The notes beneath the pieces are model-generated. The model was not told the DNA's origin. It did not search any database and saw nothing but the letters and a program-made list of their open reading frames with translations. From positions 160,001 to 224,000 of the forward strand of contig JAVZXS010000001.1 of the NCBI GenBank assembly GCA_038886535.1: a DNA stretch of 64,000 nt. Reading direction: 5' to 3'. Shown here piece after piece: positions 30,730-41,905 of this stretch. Origin of the DNA: Candidatus Micrarchaeia archaeon. GTDB lineage: Archaea > Micrarchaeota > Micrarchaeia > CABMEP01. Every line of letters begins with the position of its first letter. Positions within the stretch are counted from its first letter, which is position 1. The position numbers were made by a program, and so were the translations under genes.

Positions 30730-31821
30730 ATGAAATTCGATGTTCTAGTTATTGGTGGAAGTGCAATAGGTGGAGCCGCTGCAGCTGCATGCTCAAAACA
30801 TGGATTGAAAACTGCTATTCTCGAAGAGGATAAAGAAGTTGGAAAATATAAAAGATGCACTGCAATATGTTCTGAAAATGGTTTAAAGAAAACAAAGATT
30901 CCATATACTGATGCAATTTTAAATAAGATAAAAGGAGGAGTGATTCATTCTCCAAAAAACGAGGTCAAAATAAAGATGAAAAATAATATAGGAATTGTTT
31001 TTGACAGGCAAAAATTCGATGAAAATAGTATTGATAGAGCATTGTCTTATGGTTCTGAATTATTTAAGGAAAAAAGGGCTATTTCATTCTATAATTTCAA
31101 TAGTCATTATTCTGTATTTGCAGGAAATACATTCCACTCAAAAATCATAGTTGGAGCAGATGGAGTAACTTCAAAAACCGCTTCAGAATTCAATTTTCCA
31201 CCACTTAAGAAAATAGCTTATTGTTTTGAAAAAGAAGTAACAAACGTCGATGTTCCTCATTCGGATTTAGTGGACATATACATAGATAACGAAAATTTAC
31301 CTGGCTTTTTTGGTTGGTGTGTTCCAGTTGATGAAAAAACTGTAAGAGTGGGATTTGGAGTCACAAAATTAAATAAGTTTTTAGATGCAAAAACGTTTTT
31401 CTACTCACAAAGTTCACTTAACTTTCTTAAGAAAAAGACAGCAAAAACAATAAGAAAGTTTAATGCAGCCATACCTTTAGGTCCAAGAGAAGTAACGCAA
31501 ATTAAGGGCGTTCTTTTAGTTGGAGATGCAGCAGGGCAGACAAAGGCAACAACTGGCGGTGGTTTGGTTTTCGGTTCTCAATGTGCACATATTCTTGGGG
31601 AGGCAGTTTCTGATCATATCAATAAAGGTGAAAAATTAGAGTACGAAAAGAGATGGAGGAAAGACTTCGGATCAACTTTATATCTTCATAAAATAGTTAG
31701 AAGAGGTATTGATTTAGTGCCAAATTATGTTTTAGATTTTTCTGTTTCTTTTCTTAAAATTCCATTTATAAATAGATTGTTATCTGAAGCTGCAGATATG
31801 GATTATATAATAAGGATATGA
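30730..31821 (+). CDS. geranylgeranyl reductase-family FAD oxidoreductase
   Basis: N-terminal Rossmann DVLVIGGSAIG, FDRQKFD, VGADGVTS, PGFFGWCVP, LVGDAAGQTKATTGGG. Confidence 0.88.
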   Translation: MKFDVLVIGGSAIGGAAAAACSKHGLKTAILEEDKEVGKYKRCTAICSENGLKKTKIPYTDAILNKIKGGVIHSPKNEVKIKMKNNIGIVFDRQKFDENSIDRALSYGSELFKEKRAISFYNFNSHYSVFAGNTFHSKIIVGADGVTSKTASEFNFPPLKKIAYCFEKEVTNVDVPHSDLVDIYIDNENLPGFFGWCVPVDEKTVRVGFGVTKLNKFLDAKTFFYSQSSLNFLKKKTAKTIRKFNAAIPLGPREVTQIKGVLLVGDAAGQTKATTGGGLVFGSQCAHILGEAVSDHINKGEKLEYEKRWRKDFGSTLYLHKIVRRGIDLVPNYVLDFSVSFLKIPFINRLLSEAADMDYIIRI

Positions 31822-31825
31822 ATTT

Positions 31826-33163
31826 TTATGTTCCATACATTTTAGCTTTTTTTATTATTCCCATTACTATTGGCATTACATTTAAATGCGTTATATTTCC
31901 TAATCCTCCTTTTGCTGTACTCCTTTCATCAAATCTTTTAACATCGTCGTTACGAATCATATCTCTTGGACCCCATATTAGTATAGGAACAGGATCTGCT
32001 GAATGAGATTTCATACTGCACGGGGTAGAATGATCGCCAGTTAAAACAACAACAGTATCCTTAAGTTTAGTTATAGGTTTTAATGATTTGTCTATTTTTT
32101 CTATCATTTTCACTTTCGTTTTCCAATCCCCATCATGTCCGGCTATATCTGTTGCTTTTATATGTAAAAATACAAAATCATATCTTTCTAGGGCATTGAT
32201 AACTGATTTTATTTTACCTTCTAGATCTGTATCATATCCAGCAGTAGCAGTCGGAACATTTATTATATCCATTCCAATATATTTTGCAACCCCTTTATAT
32301 AATGCTCCTCCTGCAACGCAAGCAGCCTTCATTTCATATCTTTCAGAAAACGGAATTACTCTTACTGCCCATCCATATAATCCTCTATATTCTGCTCCTT
32401 CTTCTATTCTTCCTTGCATTTTTTCTATCATACTAGCTCCACGTGTCATTATTGAATTTGCAACTTTCAAATTCTTTCTTTTTCTTTCTTCATTTAACTT
32501 GTGTTTTTCAAGTATTCTGTTTATTTCTCTTATTGTTTCATTTAAAACTTCAGAAGTAATCTCTGCGCTTTCACTTTCGTCTAGTGGTTTAGCCCACTGC
32601 ATTCTTCCTTCGTGGTGTGAATCTGTATCACTAATTAGAGGATTAAGTTTAAAATCTGGATCAAGACTTCTAATTACTAAAACACCTCTATGTGATTTAG
32701 TATGATGGAATCTGGATTCAAATTCTCTTGTTTTTCCATTCTTATCTTTTATTTTGACTTTTATTGAAGAGATAGACTTGGAAATTTCTTTTGCTTCATC
32801 ATTACTCATTCTGCCAGCTCTCCTATCAGTTATATACCACTCATTTCCTTTTTTTTCTACGGTGCAGAAATTAGATCGGAATGCGATCTCTCCAGGTCTA
32901 ATTTCTATTCCAGCACCTAGAGCTTCAAGTATCCCTCTTCCAACATAGAATCTGAATGGATCATATCCAAAAATTGCTAAATGTCCAGTGTCGCTTCCAG
33001 GAACCCATCCAGGTCCAACAGGATAACTTATTCCAGTTATTCCTTCTTTTGCCATTCTATCAATATTCGGTTTTTTTGCAATTTCAAGAGGTGTCTTTCT
33101 ATTTTTTTCATTTATTGGTCTATCCCCAATTCCATCTAAAACAATGAAAACAACTTTAGTCAT
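31826..33163 (-). CDS. apgM: 2,3-bisphosphoglycerate-independent phosphoglycerate mutase (archaeal type)
   Basis: LDGIGDRP, PGSDTGHLAIFGYDP, DRRAGR, HIKATDIAGHDG, TGDHSTP, HSADPVP. Confidence 0.96.
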   Translation of the reverse strand: MTKVVFIVLDGIGDRPINEKNRKTPLEIAKKPNIDRMAKEGITGISYPVGPGWVPGSDTGHLAIFGYDPFRFYVGRGILEALGAGIEIRPGEIAFRSNFCTVEKKGNEWYITDRRAGRMSNDEAKEISKSISSIKVKIKDKNGKTREFESRFHHTKSHRGVLVIRSLDPDFKLNPLISDTDSHHEGRMQWAKPLDESESAEITSEVLNETIREINRILEKHKLNEERKRKNLKVANSIMTRGASMIEKMQGRIEEGAEYRGLYGWAVRVIPFSERYEMKAACVAGGALYKGVAKYIGMDIINVPTATAGYDTDLEGKIKSVINALERYDFVFLHIKATDIAGHDGDWKTKVKMIEKIDKSLKPITKLKDTVVVLTGDHSTPCSMKSHSADPVPILIWGPRDMIRNDDVKRFDERSTAKGGLGNITHLNVMPIVMGIIKKAKMYGT

Positions 33164-33254
33164 TTACTCACTAAGAAGTAATCCTTAGCAATATTTTTTA
33201 ATATTACTTTCTTTATAACCTTTAAGGATTTACAATAATCCATGGAGCGGTTTT

Positions 33255-33725
33255 ATGAAGCCTGCAACACTATGTTTCTTTTTCAGGAAAAATAATGGAG
33301 AAGAAGAGATTCTTCTTGCAATGAAAAAGAGAAGGTTTGGAGCTGGAAAATGGAATGGATATGGAGGAAAGATAGAGGAAGGCGAACCTCTTTTAGAGGC
33401 GGCATGCAGAGAAATAAAAGAAGAGAGCGGTTTAGATGTTGAGCCTTCTTCGTTAATAAAGATTGGTGAGATTGATTTTAAAGTAAAAGATAAGCCAGAG
33501 TGGGATCAATTTGTACACGTATTCAAAGTAACTGAATGGAATGGAGAGCCGGTAGAGACGGAAGAGATGAGGCCAAAATGGTTTAAGATAAAAGATATTC
33601 CTTACGATGAAATGTGGGAAATGGACAGGATTTGGATTCCTTACATGTTAAAAGGAAAGTTTATAAATGCAAAATTCATATTAGATTCAGATGGAGAAAG
33701 GATATTGTATTATAATATAATTTAG
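33255..33725 (+). CDS. NUDIX hydrolase, MTH1/8-oxo-dGTPase-like
   Basis: KKRRFGAGKWNGYGGKIEEGE...AACREIKEESGL; ETEEMRPKWF..IPYDEMW. Confidence 0.92.
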   Translation: MKPATLCFFFRKNNGEEEILLAMKKRRFGAGKWNGYGGKIEEGEPLLEAACREIKEESGLDVEPSSLIKIGEIDFKVKDKPEWDQFVHVFKVTEWNGEPVETEEMRPKWFKIKDIPYDEMWEMDRIWIPYMLKGKFINAKFILDSDGERILYYNII

Positions 33726-33748
33726 TTTATTTACTTAGGGGGGAATTT

Positions 33749-36700
33749 GTGGCTGGTTTAAATCTGAGAATATTTTTTATTTTTTTTATCGTTTTGTTCA
33801 ATATAAATTATGGTTTATCTTATCTCAATAACTGTAGTAATTTAAATATTAATGGTGAAACTTATATCCTGACAACTAACGTTTCTTCAACAACTATCTG
33901 CTTTAACATATCAGCCAATAATATAACTCTTGATTGCAATGGGAATACGATTTATAGCTATAATAATGCAGTAGCTAATGCTTCAATAATTACAAATGCT
34001 GCGTTAACAGGTATTGTCATTAAAAATTGTAATTTTATTGGAAATGATTCATACATTCTTTTTTTCCCATATGGTAATTTAAATTCAAAACTTATTAACA
34101 ATTCATTTAAAAACTGTTATTATTGTAGTTGGATACAATCTGATAATAACATTTCTATAATTAACAATTCTTTTTATAATTCTAGAAATGCGATTCATTT
34201 TGTTGGAACTAGTGGTTTCAACATCTCTAATAACCTTTTTTCAAACATCAGCTCCAGATCTATTTCTGCTGGTGGGTTAGATTCTAATCCAAGTTTAGTT
34301 AAAGTAATCGAGAACAATTTCTTCCTCAATACTTATAGAGGAATTTATAATGGTATGACTTTGACACATATCAATTCAAATGAATTCTATAATTGTGGAG
34401 AATATTGTATTTATTTAGCTTCTGCACAAAACAATTCAATTTTTAATAACAATATAAGTAATTATTCAATATATGGCTTAATTTTGGATTCATCGTTAGG
34501 AACTAATATATCTACAAACATATTTAATTCAACTGTAGGTAGTGCTATAGTTTTAAGAAGTAGTGATGTAATTTCTGTTTTTAATAATACGATATATGGT
34601 CCTTTGATATTAGAGAGCTCTCGGAATGATACTATATTCAACAATACAATTTTGACTGCAGGAATAGCATTACACGCCTATTCTCCCTATTATGAAAACG
34701 AGAATAATCAAATATTTAACAATTCAATAGTTAGTATTGATTCTTATGCTATTCGATTAGTTAGTTCTAAAAATAACTTAATCTATAATAATATACTGAA
34801 AGGATCTGTTCCAGTAGAAGTCGTTGACACTTTATATACTAATTATTGGAATACAACAATTAATTGTTCTGGCGCGAGAAATATAGTTGGCGGTCCGTGT
34901 ATTGGAGGTAATTTTTATTCTAACCTGAATGAGACAGGTTTTTCAGAAAACATTAATGTATGTTCACCACAGTCAAATAAAATATGTGGAAATTCATATA
35001 CCATACAAACTAACAATATTGATTATGCACCAATAACAAATCGTTTGTTAGCACCATCTTGTAGTTCACAATTAAATGAACCAAATACGATTTATATTAT
35101 GTGGAGTTCTCAAGTTACACCTGGGACGTGTTATACAATTACAGCAAATAACGTTACACTCGACTGTAAAGGATATACTATTACATATGCTACAGGATCT
35201 AATTATGCGTATGGAATATATTCTGGTGGCTATAATAACTCTGTAATTAAAAACTGCAAACTTATTCAAAATACAGCTCCAAGAAATAATGCACATGGAA
35301 TTTGGTTTGCAGGAAGTTCAAATAATAAAGTTGAAAATGTTTCTATAAATATTGTTGGAAATCAAAGCAACGGTATTTATTTAACTTATTCTTGGCCCAA
35401 TCCATCTAATTACAATTTTATTAAAAACACAACTATTACTATGTCAGGAGTGCAAGGTCATGGTATAGATATTTATGGATCTTATAATAACTTCTCAAAT
35501 ATTTCAATTGTAACAACTGGAATGTATGGAAATGGAATTAATTTCGATCCTTCTTCAGATTCAAATTACAACATATTTACAAACATGTCAGTAAAGGATA
35601 CAGGTTCTTATTCCTTTGCAATTCAATTGCGTGGTAATGATAATAGATTCTATAATAATTTAATTAATAGTAGTTCTACTTCTCCAGTTTCAGTAACATC
35701 TGGTTCTAATTCATTTAATACAACGCTTACAATGGGAACAAATATAATTGGCGGTAATTATATTGCCGGTAATTTCTGGGCAACTCCTTCAGGAAACGGT
35801 TTCTCTGAAACATGTACAGACAATGATGGAAACGGGATCTGTGATGCAACTTATACTATCAATTCAGATAACATCGACTATCTCCCGCTTGCAGTTCCTC
35901 CAATTCAGTTAACAAGTTGCGGTACTCTTGATAAGACAGGAAAAACGTACTTATTAATTCAAAACATTACTACCTCTAATGATTGTTTTATAATAAATAA
36001 AAGTTATATAACGCTAGATTGTCAGAATAATACTATTACAGCAAATAGAGGTGTTTTGATTGGCTTTCCAGGACGGGAAAGTTCTTCAAATATAACCGTT
36101 AAGAATTGTATAATAAACAGTGCTTATGATGGAATAGACTTAGGGGCTTGGAGTTATAATACTAATATTACTATTTTAGGAAATAAAATTATTAGTCAAT
36201 ATGCGAATGGTATCGCTTTTGGAACTGTAGCAGGTTCTAATATTAATATATCTAATAATATAATTTATTCCCCTAGATGGGGGATCTATATAGTCAGCGG
36301 TTCAGGTTATATAACAAACAATACAATTGTTCAAGTAGACTGCAATTATGGAGGATATCCTCCTTGTGGTGGTTTAATTTTATATGGTGGTTCAAATTTT
36401 AATATATTACATAATTTTATAAACTCAACAAACGCACACGGTATTGTTTTTGCAGATTACTTAGGAACTACAGCAGATAACAACTTAGTTATCAATAATC
36501 TTATTTATACTAATTATTGTGGTTTTCGTTTTCAACCTTATAGTAAATGTGGAGCAAGGAATAATATCATAGCTAATAGTACTATTATAGCAATTGGTAC
36601 AAACAGCTGTGGAATATATTCAGACTGTCCAATAAATACTACGTGGTCTAATATTACAATCAACTCTGAAGGAACAGATTTTATTTCATTATATTCAATA

Positions 36701-39700
36701 AATAATACTTATTTTAATGTAACATTCAATTCTTCTTTCTACCCAACTAAGGTAAGTTTTACTCATAATGGCAGCATTAAAATAAATTCAGCTGATGCAG
36801 TTCCTTCTTCAGGATACTACAATGTTTCCAAATACCTTAACATCACAAACTCAACACCTGCATGGGTATACATTAATTTCACATACTCAAACGATACAAT
36901 AGGAGAAAATGAAACAAAACTCAAACTCTATAGATGGGATGGGTCTGCATGGAATGAAGTTCCAGGAAGCGGAGTAGATACTGATAATAAGATAGTTTAT
37001 GGAAATATTACACAATTCAGCATATTTGCTCCACTTGCAGTTGCAGATGCGATTCCCCCATCAATTCAATTGATATCTCCTGAAAATGATACATATACAA
37101 ACCAAAACAGTATGACCTTCATTTTCAATGCAACAGATGATCAGAGTTCTACATTAAACTGCAGCCTTTACATAAATAATGAAATTAACCAGACAAACGA
37201 AAGTTTTGTAAATGGTTCAGTTACTTCGTTCTCATTGACAAATATTGCAGATGGATATTATACATGGTACGTTAATTGTTCTGACGCTTCTGGCAATAGC
37301 AATGTCTCAGAAACAAGAACATTTACAATTGACACAATTCCTCCATCAGTCTCTATCACATCTCCATCTTCAAATTCATATCTTAATTCAAAGATAATAA
37401 CAATAACTGGTACTTCATCTGATCTAAATTACAATTTCACAAACATCTCAATCTGGCAGGGAAGCACACTAATTAATTCAACAATCACAACTAGTACTTC
37501 ATGGTCAGTCCAGCTTGCAGCGCAGGATGACGGAGTATATAGCATAAGTGCTGTTGCATATGATCTTGCAGGTAATGAAAATTCAAGCAATATAACAGAT
37601 ATAACAATAGATACTACCATACCTCAGGTTACAATTATTTCTCCATCGCAATCATCCCCGATTTATTTGAGGAGCAGCGTTCCAGTCCAACTTAAATTCA
37701 ATTACAATGAAACCAATCCTGCAAACTATACAGCTCTACTAATAAACAGTTCAGGACAAAGAGTATCAAACATATCAGAGAGTTTAGCTATTAGTGGTGA
37801 TGTGAATATTACGGCATCACTGTCAACTACTGGACTGCCTAATGGAAACTATTCAATCAATGTTACAATTTTTGATAAAGTAGGACACACTGTAACTGTC
37901 TCAGAGATCAATAATGTAATTATAGATAATGAAATACCTGGTGTAATAATTAATTCGCCTTCATCTGGCCATTATATTATAGGAGACACAATAGTTTTGA
38001 ATCTTACAATATTTGATGACAATCTCAATTACACTCAAATCACGATCTATAACGCATCAGAATCTATTCTAAATTACACCACTAATCAGTCTGGAACATT
38101 TACAATAAACTTCACTCTTCCAGATGATATATATACAATAAATGTAACCTCCTTTGATCTGTCTGGAAACAATGCAACCGCAACTGTCACTGGTGTAGAA
38201 TTAGATTCAACATCACCATTCTATCTAAATAACTGCTTGGACATAACAATGCCAGGAGAATACTATCTTGTAAATAATATTTATTCAACTAATGTCACTT
38301 GTATATTCATAGATGCAGATAACGTGACTGTTGATGGTCAGGGATATGAAGTACGCAACCTTGGAAACCCAATTATTCCGGGAATATTTGTACAGGATAG
38401 GAAAAACATTACGATTCAAAACATAATAATCTCTCATTATGATCCAGATATTCAAATGATTAATGTAACTGATGCAAAGATTTACAACGTAACACATAAT
38501 GGAGGACAAATTGAAATTATATATACTGATGCAGAAATTAAGAATTCAAGATTTGAGAATAGCAGTTCAGAAGGTATGGTTGCAAATCTTTCAAACATTA
38601 TCATAAATAATACAATTATCAAAAATAGCCAATCTGATACATTATATATATCATCTTCTAATGTAAGCATTTTAGGCTCACATATTCAGAACTCTAATGG
38701 AGTAAAAGGCATTTCCATTTCTGGACAAAACAGCATAATATCAATAGCATCATCAAGTATTATTCTGCAAACAGCAGACAATGCAGATGTAATTGATGTT
38801 GATGTTTCATCAACAGATAACCTATATCTATCAATTTCAGATTCAAACGTAAGCAACCAAAACAGTTTCATACATTTAAGAAATTCAGCTGGTTTTGAAT
38901 CCAAGAATATTTCAATTAATGTTTTCAGAAACAATATTTTCAACTTCTCAAAAATTATATCTTCAGATTCACCAGTTAATGGATCAGGAAAGATCTTATT
39001 AACCAGTGATATTCATGGAAACTACTGGGGAAGATCATCTTACCCATATGTGAATTTATCAGACTTCCAAAATGTTTCAGATGTCTCAGATGAGCTTCCT
39101 TATAAAGAAGCAGATGGATGGAATAAGGAAGCAAGATTCAGATTAAATTCTTCAAGCTATAATTTTGCATCAAAAGATGGAAAGCTGTCAATTTTAATGC
39201 CATACAACCCATCCTCACCAAATGACAATCTTGTCTTAAGCAGGCTAGAAAATGAAGTCTTCGTAATAACAGATCTTCCTTTAATGCATTTAGCTGCTGA
39301 AAACTCAATAGTAAATGCAAGATTGCACTATTTATTTGGAACTTACGAATCTGTGTATTTGCCAGTTGAAGAAAGAGAAGGCCTACTTTTAGTAACTCCG
39401 TTACCTATTGAAATCAAGGTAAATCTTTCAGATGATTTCAACACAAGTGAAGCAGATGATATTTCCTCAATTGAATTCGATGAAAATGGATTTATAAAAG
39501 ATCTCGGTGGAAAATTCGTTTTTGACTCAAATGAAGAATCTTTCAAGCTAAAGCTTAACATCATTAATGGTTCAATTGATTTCTTAATAGGAAAGAAGGA
39601 ATCAGATCTTATACTTTTTGACAATGTAAGCCCAACAGTCTCTCTACGTCAATCCGGTTCTATAGTTATTGCAGATTATTTAGATCCATTACAACAAGTG

Positions 39701-41905
39701 ATTCAGAGAAATGATGGAAGAGGCAATGCTTATAAGGAAGTGAATTCAGATCAAATTATTCCATTGTTCCTGCCAAATGGGGCAATGGTCAGTAATGCAA
39801 CGATGACACTTTCACCTCTCTCAGGAACTCCTTCATTCAACGTTTCAATCTACTTAAGAAACAACGTGACTTCATTATCTTCAGCTGAAAGATATTACTT
39901 TAATGAAATCTCTTCTCTCTCTTCACCTATTACGTTAGACTTAACTTCAAGTATGCAATCAGCTCTTGGAAATTGCAGCCAATTGCATAATGGTTCATAT
40001 TGTTTATTCTATATCAGTATCAATGGTTTGAATGATGGAGAATTCAATATTTCAGAATTCAATTTCAATTATTCATATTCATCTGGAATCAAGTTGCCAG
40101 ATGTAAATACCAGTGGTACAATTACATCTCTTGTGGAAATACCAAAGCATGAACCAGATGTTTTCTATCTAAGCGATGGAGGAACTGATGTCCTAGTTAT
40201 TTCATTGCCTTTCAAGTCATACATAAAATCAGCACAGATAACATTAAGTGGAGAAGAGTGGGAAGGCTCTTATCCATCTAATGTCAATATGTGGATAGGA
40301 AACGGATCAACATCACCCAGAACGCCATTTGTTACATATTCTGGTGAATTCAATACTTCCATACAAATAATTGCACCATTTGTTTCTGCTTTAAGGAACT
40401 ATACATCAAGCGCAGATGCTGACCATAAAGGTAATGTCCTAATACCATTAACACTTAATTCATCAACAAAGGGTAAGGTCAGGATCAGTTCTATAAGTGT
40501 TGATTATGATTTAAGAAATGCATACGATTTAAACTCTCCATCGTATATCTATGGATTCAATGATGGAAGTGAAGTTAAAACAGTAACATTTACAAACTCC
40601 TCACCATCTACAATCCTCTATATAGATATTCCAAAGTATTCCAGAGTTTCAAACATCTCAATCATATCAAGCCCTTCAGAGAACATTACATTCAATATTG
40701 ACTTCCTAAACGATGGAGTTATAGAGATTGAGAATAGTACAATGATAAGGCAACTCAATCTTACTCAATACCTACAAAATTGTTCTCCATACAAATTTAG
40801 AATTCCATTTGGAAGATTGTGCAAGGTTGCAATTAACATAACAGCCAATCTTGATGCGTATCCAAATGTTTATTCAGATTTCGAAGTTACAAGTTCATTT
40901 ATCTCAATGCCTTGGCGATATGCCGGATCTGATTCAGAAATAATAAGAGAAAGCGAAAAGAGGTTTGACTTTCTTACTATCCCAACTGGAGCTGCCAAGC
41001 GTGCAAGGTCTCTATCATTAGAGCACCGTTCAATCTACTCATTACAATCAGGTGATATTGTTATCGGCTATGGATTAGATATGGCTGGAAATAGAGGAAG
41101 TGGCAATTATACATTTATAGTTGCCGGCCCACCCACTCCACCAGCAATAACTCCACCATTAACAAAGATTCCATTATCTGGATGGATGAATTGTACTAAT
41201 TCATTAGCATATGTAATAACAGAACCAGGTGCTTCAGTTACTGTTTTGTTTAGGTCAAGCGGCATGTTTGTTACAGGAGGAACAGCGGATTCAAATGGAA
41301 GATTTGAGTTTATGCCTTTATTGAGTGGAGACTATATTATCCGTGTATCTAAATCAGGATTTGAAGATAATCAAATTACACTTACTGCAAATATTTGTAT
41401 TGTTGAGACGCAAATTTCTACAAAGAAGTCACTCATCTGTTCTCAAGATAAGTGCAGTATTAATCTTTATCTTGCAACAAACAAGATTTCAGACTTCCAG
41501 TTCAGGCTTACAGACTTTATACCGTCGCAAGTAATAAAAACAGTTAATTCGATAGTTGACAGATTCGGAAAGGTGTTCTATAGTTATAGCTATACAGATT
41601 CTTTAATTTCTATTCCATCCACTCAGAAGATAACGAGTACATTCTCAGTTATATTAGATACGGTTTTGACCGCTATTCCAAACTACATTGAAAATGAAAA
41701 TAAATTCATATATTCAATAACTAATACTGCTGCAGACGTTGAACTTGATGAGATTATAATACCATTGCCTGAAAATGCAAAAGGAAAGGAAATTGCATCA
41801 ATCGAGTACATTGATGCAGACGGTTCAAAGATAAATATAACGGATTACACAGTGGAATATGACAGGATTATTATCCACCAGTCAGTGATTATTAAGAAAC
41901 AGTAA
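33749..41905 (+). CDS. giant (2718 aa) secreted surface protein: four parallel beta-helix (NosD/PbH1-like) modules, Ig-like repeats, carboxypeptidase-regulatory-like domain
   Basis: Signal peptide; four C..L...(G).Y.L...C..I....T[LV]D headers near 33824, 35054, 35909 and 38225; GGNFY/AGNFW...IDY.P caps; four D..[PI]P.[VI]...SP Ig starts near 37046-37925; dense N-x-S/T; no C-terminal TM. Confidence 0.9.
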   Translation: MAGLNLRIFFIFFIVLFNINYGLSYLNNCSNLNINGETYILTTNVSSTTICFNISANNITLDCNGNTIYSYNNAVANASIITNAALTGIVIKNCNFIGNDSYILFFPYGNLNSKLINNSFKNCYYCSWIQSDNNISIINNSFYNSRNAIHFVGTSGFNISNNLFSNISSRSISAGGLDSNPSLVKVIENNFFLNTYRGIYNGMTLTHINSNEFYNCGEYCIYLASAQNNSIFNNNISNYSIYGLILDSSLGTNISTNIFNSTVGSAIVLRSSDVISVFNNTIYGPLILESSRNDTIFNNTILTAGIALHAYSPYYENENNQIFNNSIVSIDSYAIRLVSSKNNLIYNNILKGSVPVEVVDTLYTNYWNTTINCSGARNIVGGPCIGGNFYSNLNETGFSENINVCSPQSNKICGNSYTIQTNNIDYAPITNRLLAPSCSSQLNEPNTIYIMWSSQVTPGTCYTITANNVTLDCKGYTITYATGSNYAYGIYSGGYNNSVIKNCKLIQNTAPRNNAHGIWFAGSSNNKVENVSINIVGNQSNGIYLTYSWPNPSNYNFIKNTTITMSGVQGHGIDIYGSYNNFSNISIVTTGMYGNGINFDPSSDSNYNIFTNMSVKDTGSYSFAIQLRGNDNRFYNNLINSSSTSPVSVTSGSNSFNTTLTMGTNIIGGNYIAGNFWATPSGNGFSETCTDNDGNGICDATYTINSDNIDYLPLAVPPIQLTSCGTLDKTGKTYLLIQNITTSNDCFIINKSYITLDCQNNTITANRGVLIGFPGRESSSNITVKNCIINSAYDGIDLGAWSYNTNITILGNKIISQYANGIAFGTVAGSNINISNNIIYSPRWGIYIVSGSGYITNNTIVQVDCNYGGYPPCGGLILYGGSNFNILHNFINSTNAHGIVFADYLGTTADNNLVINNLIYTNYCGFRFQPYSKCGARNNIIANSTIIAIGTNSCGIYSDCPINTTWSNITINSEGTDFISLYSINNTYFNVTFNSSFYPTKVSFTHNGSIKINSADAVPSSGYYNVSKYLNITNSTPAWVYINFTYSNDTIGENETKLKLYRWDGSAWNEVPGSGVDTDNKIVYGNITQFSIFAPLAVADAIPPSIQLISPENDTYTNQNSMTFIFNATDDQSSTLNCSLYINNEINQTNESFVNGSVTSFSLTNIADGYYTWYVNCSDASGNSNVSETRTFTIDTIPPSVSITSPSSNSYLNSKIITITGTSSDLNYNFTNISIWQGSTLINSTITTSTSWSVQLAAQDDGVYSISAVAYDLAGNENSSNITDITIDTTIPQVTIISPSQSSPIYLRSSVPVQLKFNYNETNPANYTALLINSSGQRVSNISESLAISGDVNITASLSTTGLPNGNYSINVTIFDKVGHTVTVSEINNVIIDNEIPGVIINSPSSGHYIIGDTIVLNLTIFDDNLNYTQITIYNASESILNYTTNQSGTFTINFTLPDDIYTINVTSFDLSGNNATATVTGVELDSTSPFYLNNCLDITMPGEYYLVNNIYSTNVTCIFIDADNVTVDGQGYEVRNLGNPIIPGIFVQDRKNITIQNIIISHYDPDIQMINVTDAKIYNVTHNGGQIEIIYTDAEIKNSRFENSSSEGMVANLSNIIINNTIIKNSQSDTLYISSSNVSILGSHIQNSNGVKGISISGQNSIISIASSSIILQTADNADVIDVDVSSTDNLYLSISDSNVSNQNSFIHLRNSAGFESKNISINVFRNNIFNFSKIISSDSPVNGSGKILLTSDIHGNYWGRSSYPYVNLSDFQNVSDVSDELPYKEADGWNKEARFRLNSSSYNFASKDGKLSILMPYNPSSPNDNLVLSRLENEVFVITDLPLMHLAAENSIVNARLHYLFGTYESVYLPVEEREGLLLVTPLPIEIKVNLSDDFNTSEADDISSIEFDENGFIKDLGGKFVFDSNEESFKLKLNIINGSIDFLIGKKESDLILFDNVSPTVSLRQSGSIVIADYLDPLQQVIQRNDGRGNAYKEVNSDQIIPLFLPNGAMVSNATMTLSPLSGTPSFNVSIYLRNNVTSLSSAERYYFNEISSLSSPITLDLTSSMQSALGNCSQLHNGSYCLFYISINGLNDGEFNISEFNFNYSYSSGIKLPDVNTSGTITSLVEIPKHEPDVFYLSDGGTDVLVISLPFKSYIKSAQITLSGEEWEGSYPSNVNMWIGNGSTSPRTPFVTYSGEFNTSIQIIAPFVSALRNYTSSADADHKGNVLIPLTLNSSTKGKVRISSISVDYDLRNAYDLNSPSYIYGFNDGSEVKTVTFTNSSPSTILYIDIPKYSRVSNISIISSPSENITFNIDFLNDGVIEIENSTMIRQLNLTQYLQNCSPYKFRIPFGRLCKVAINITANLDAYPNVYSDFEVTSSFISMPWRYAGSDSEIIRESEKRFDFLTIPTGAAKRARSLSLEHRSIYSLQSGDIVIGYGLDMAGNRGSGNYTFIVAGPPTPPAITPPLTKIPLSGWMNCTNSLAYVITEPGASVTVLFRSSGMFVTGGTADSNGRFEFMPLLSGDYIIRVSKSGFEDNQITLTANICIVETQISTKKSLICSQDKCSINLYLATNKISDFQFRLTDFIPSQVIKTVNSIVDRFGKVFYSYSYTDSLISIPSTQKITSTFSVILDTVLTAIPNYIENENKFIYSITNTAADVELDEIIIPLPENAKGKEIASIEYIDADGSKINITDYTVEYDRIIIHQSVIIKKQ

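Noticed and set aside
32088..32705. 205-aa antisense ORF, and similar shadows at 22042, 46288, 11362, 21210, 28863 and elsewhere
   Set aside because: Reverse-frame shadows of well-supported genes, with S/F/I/L-biased composition and no motifs
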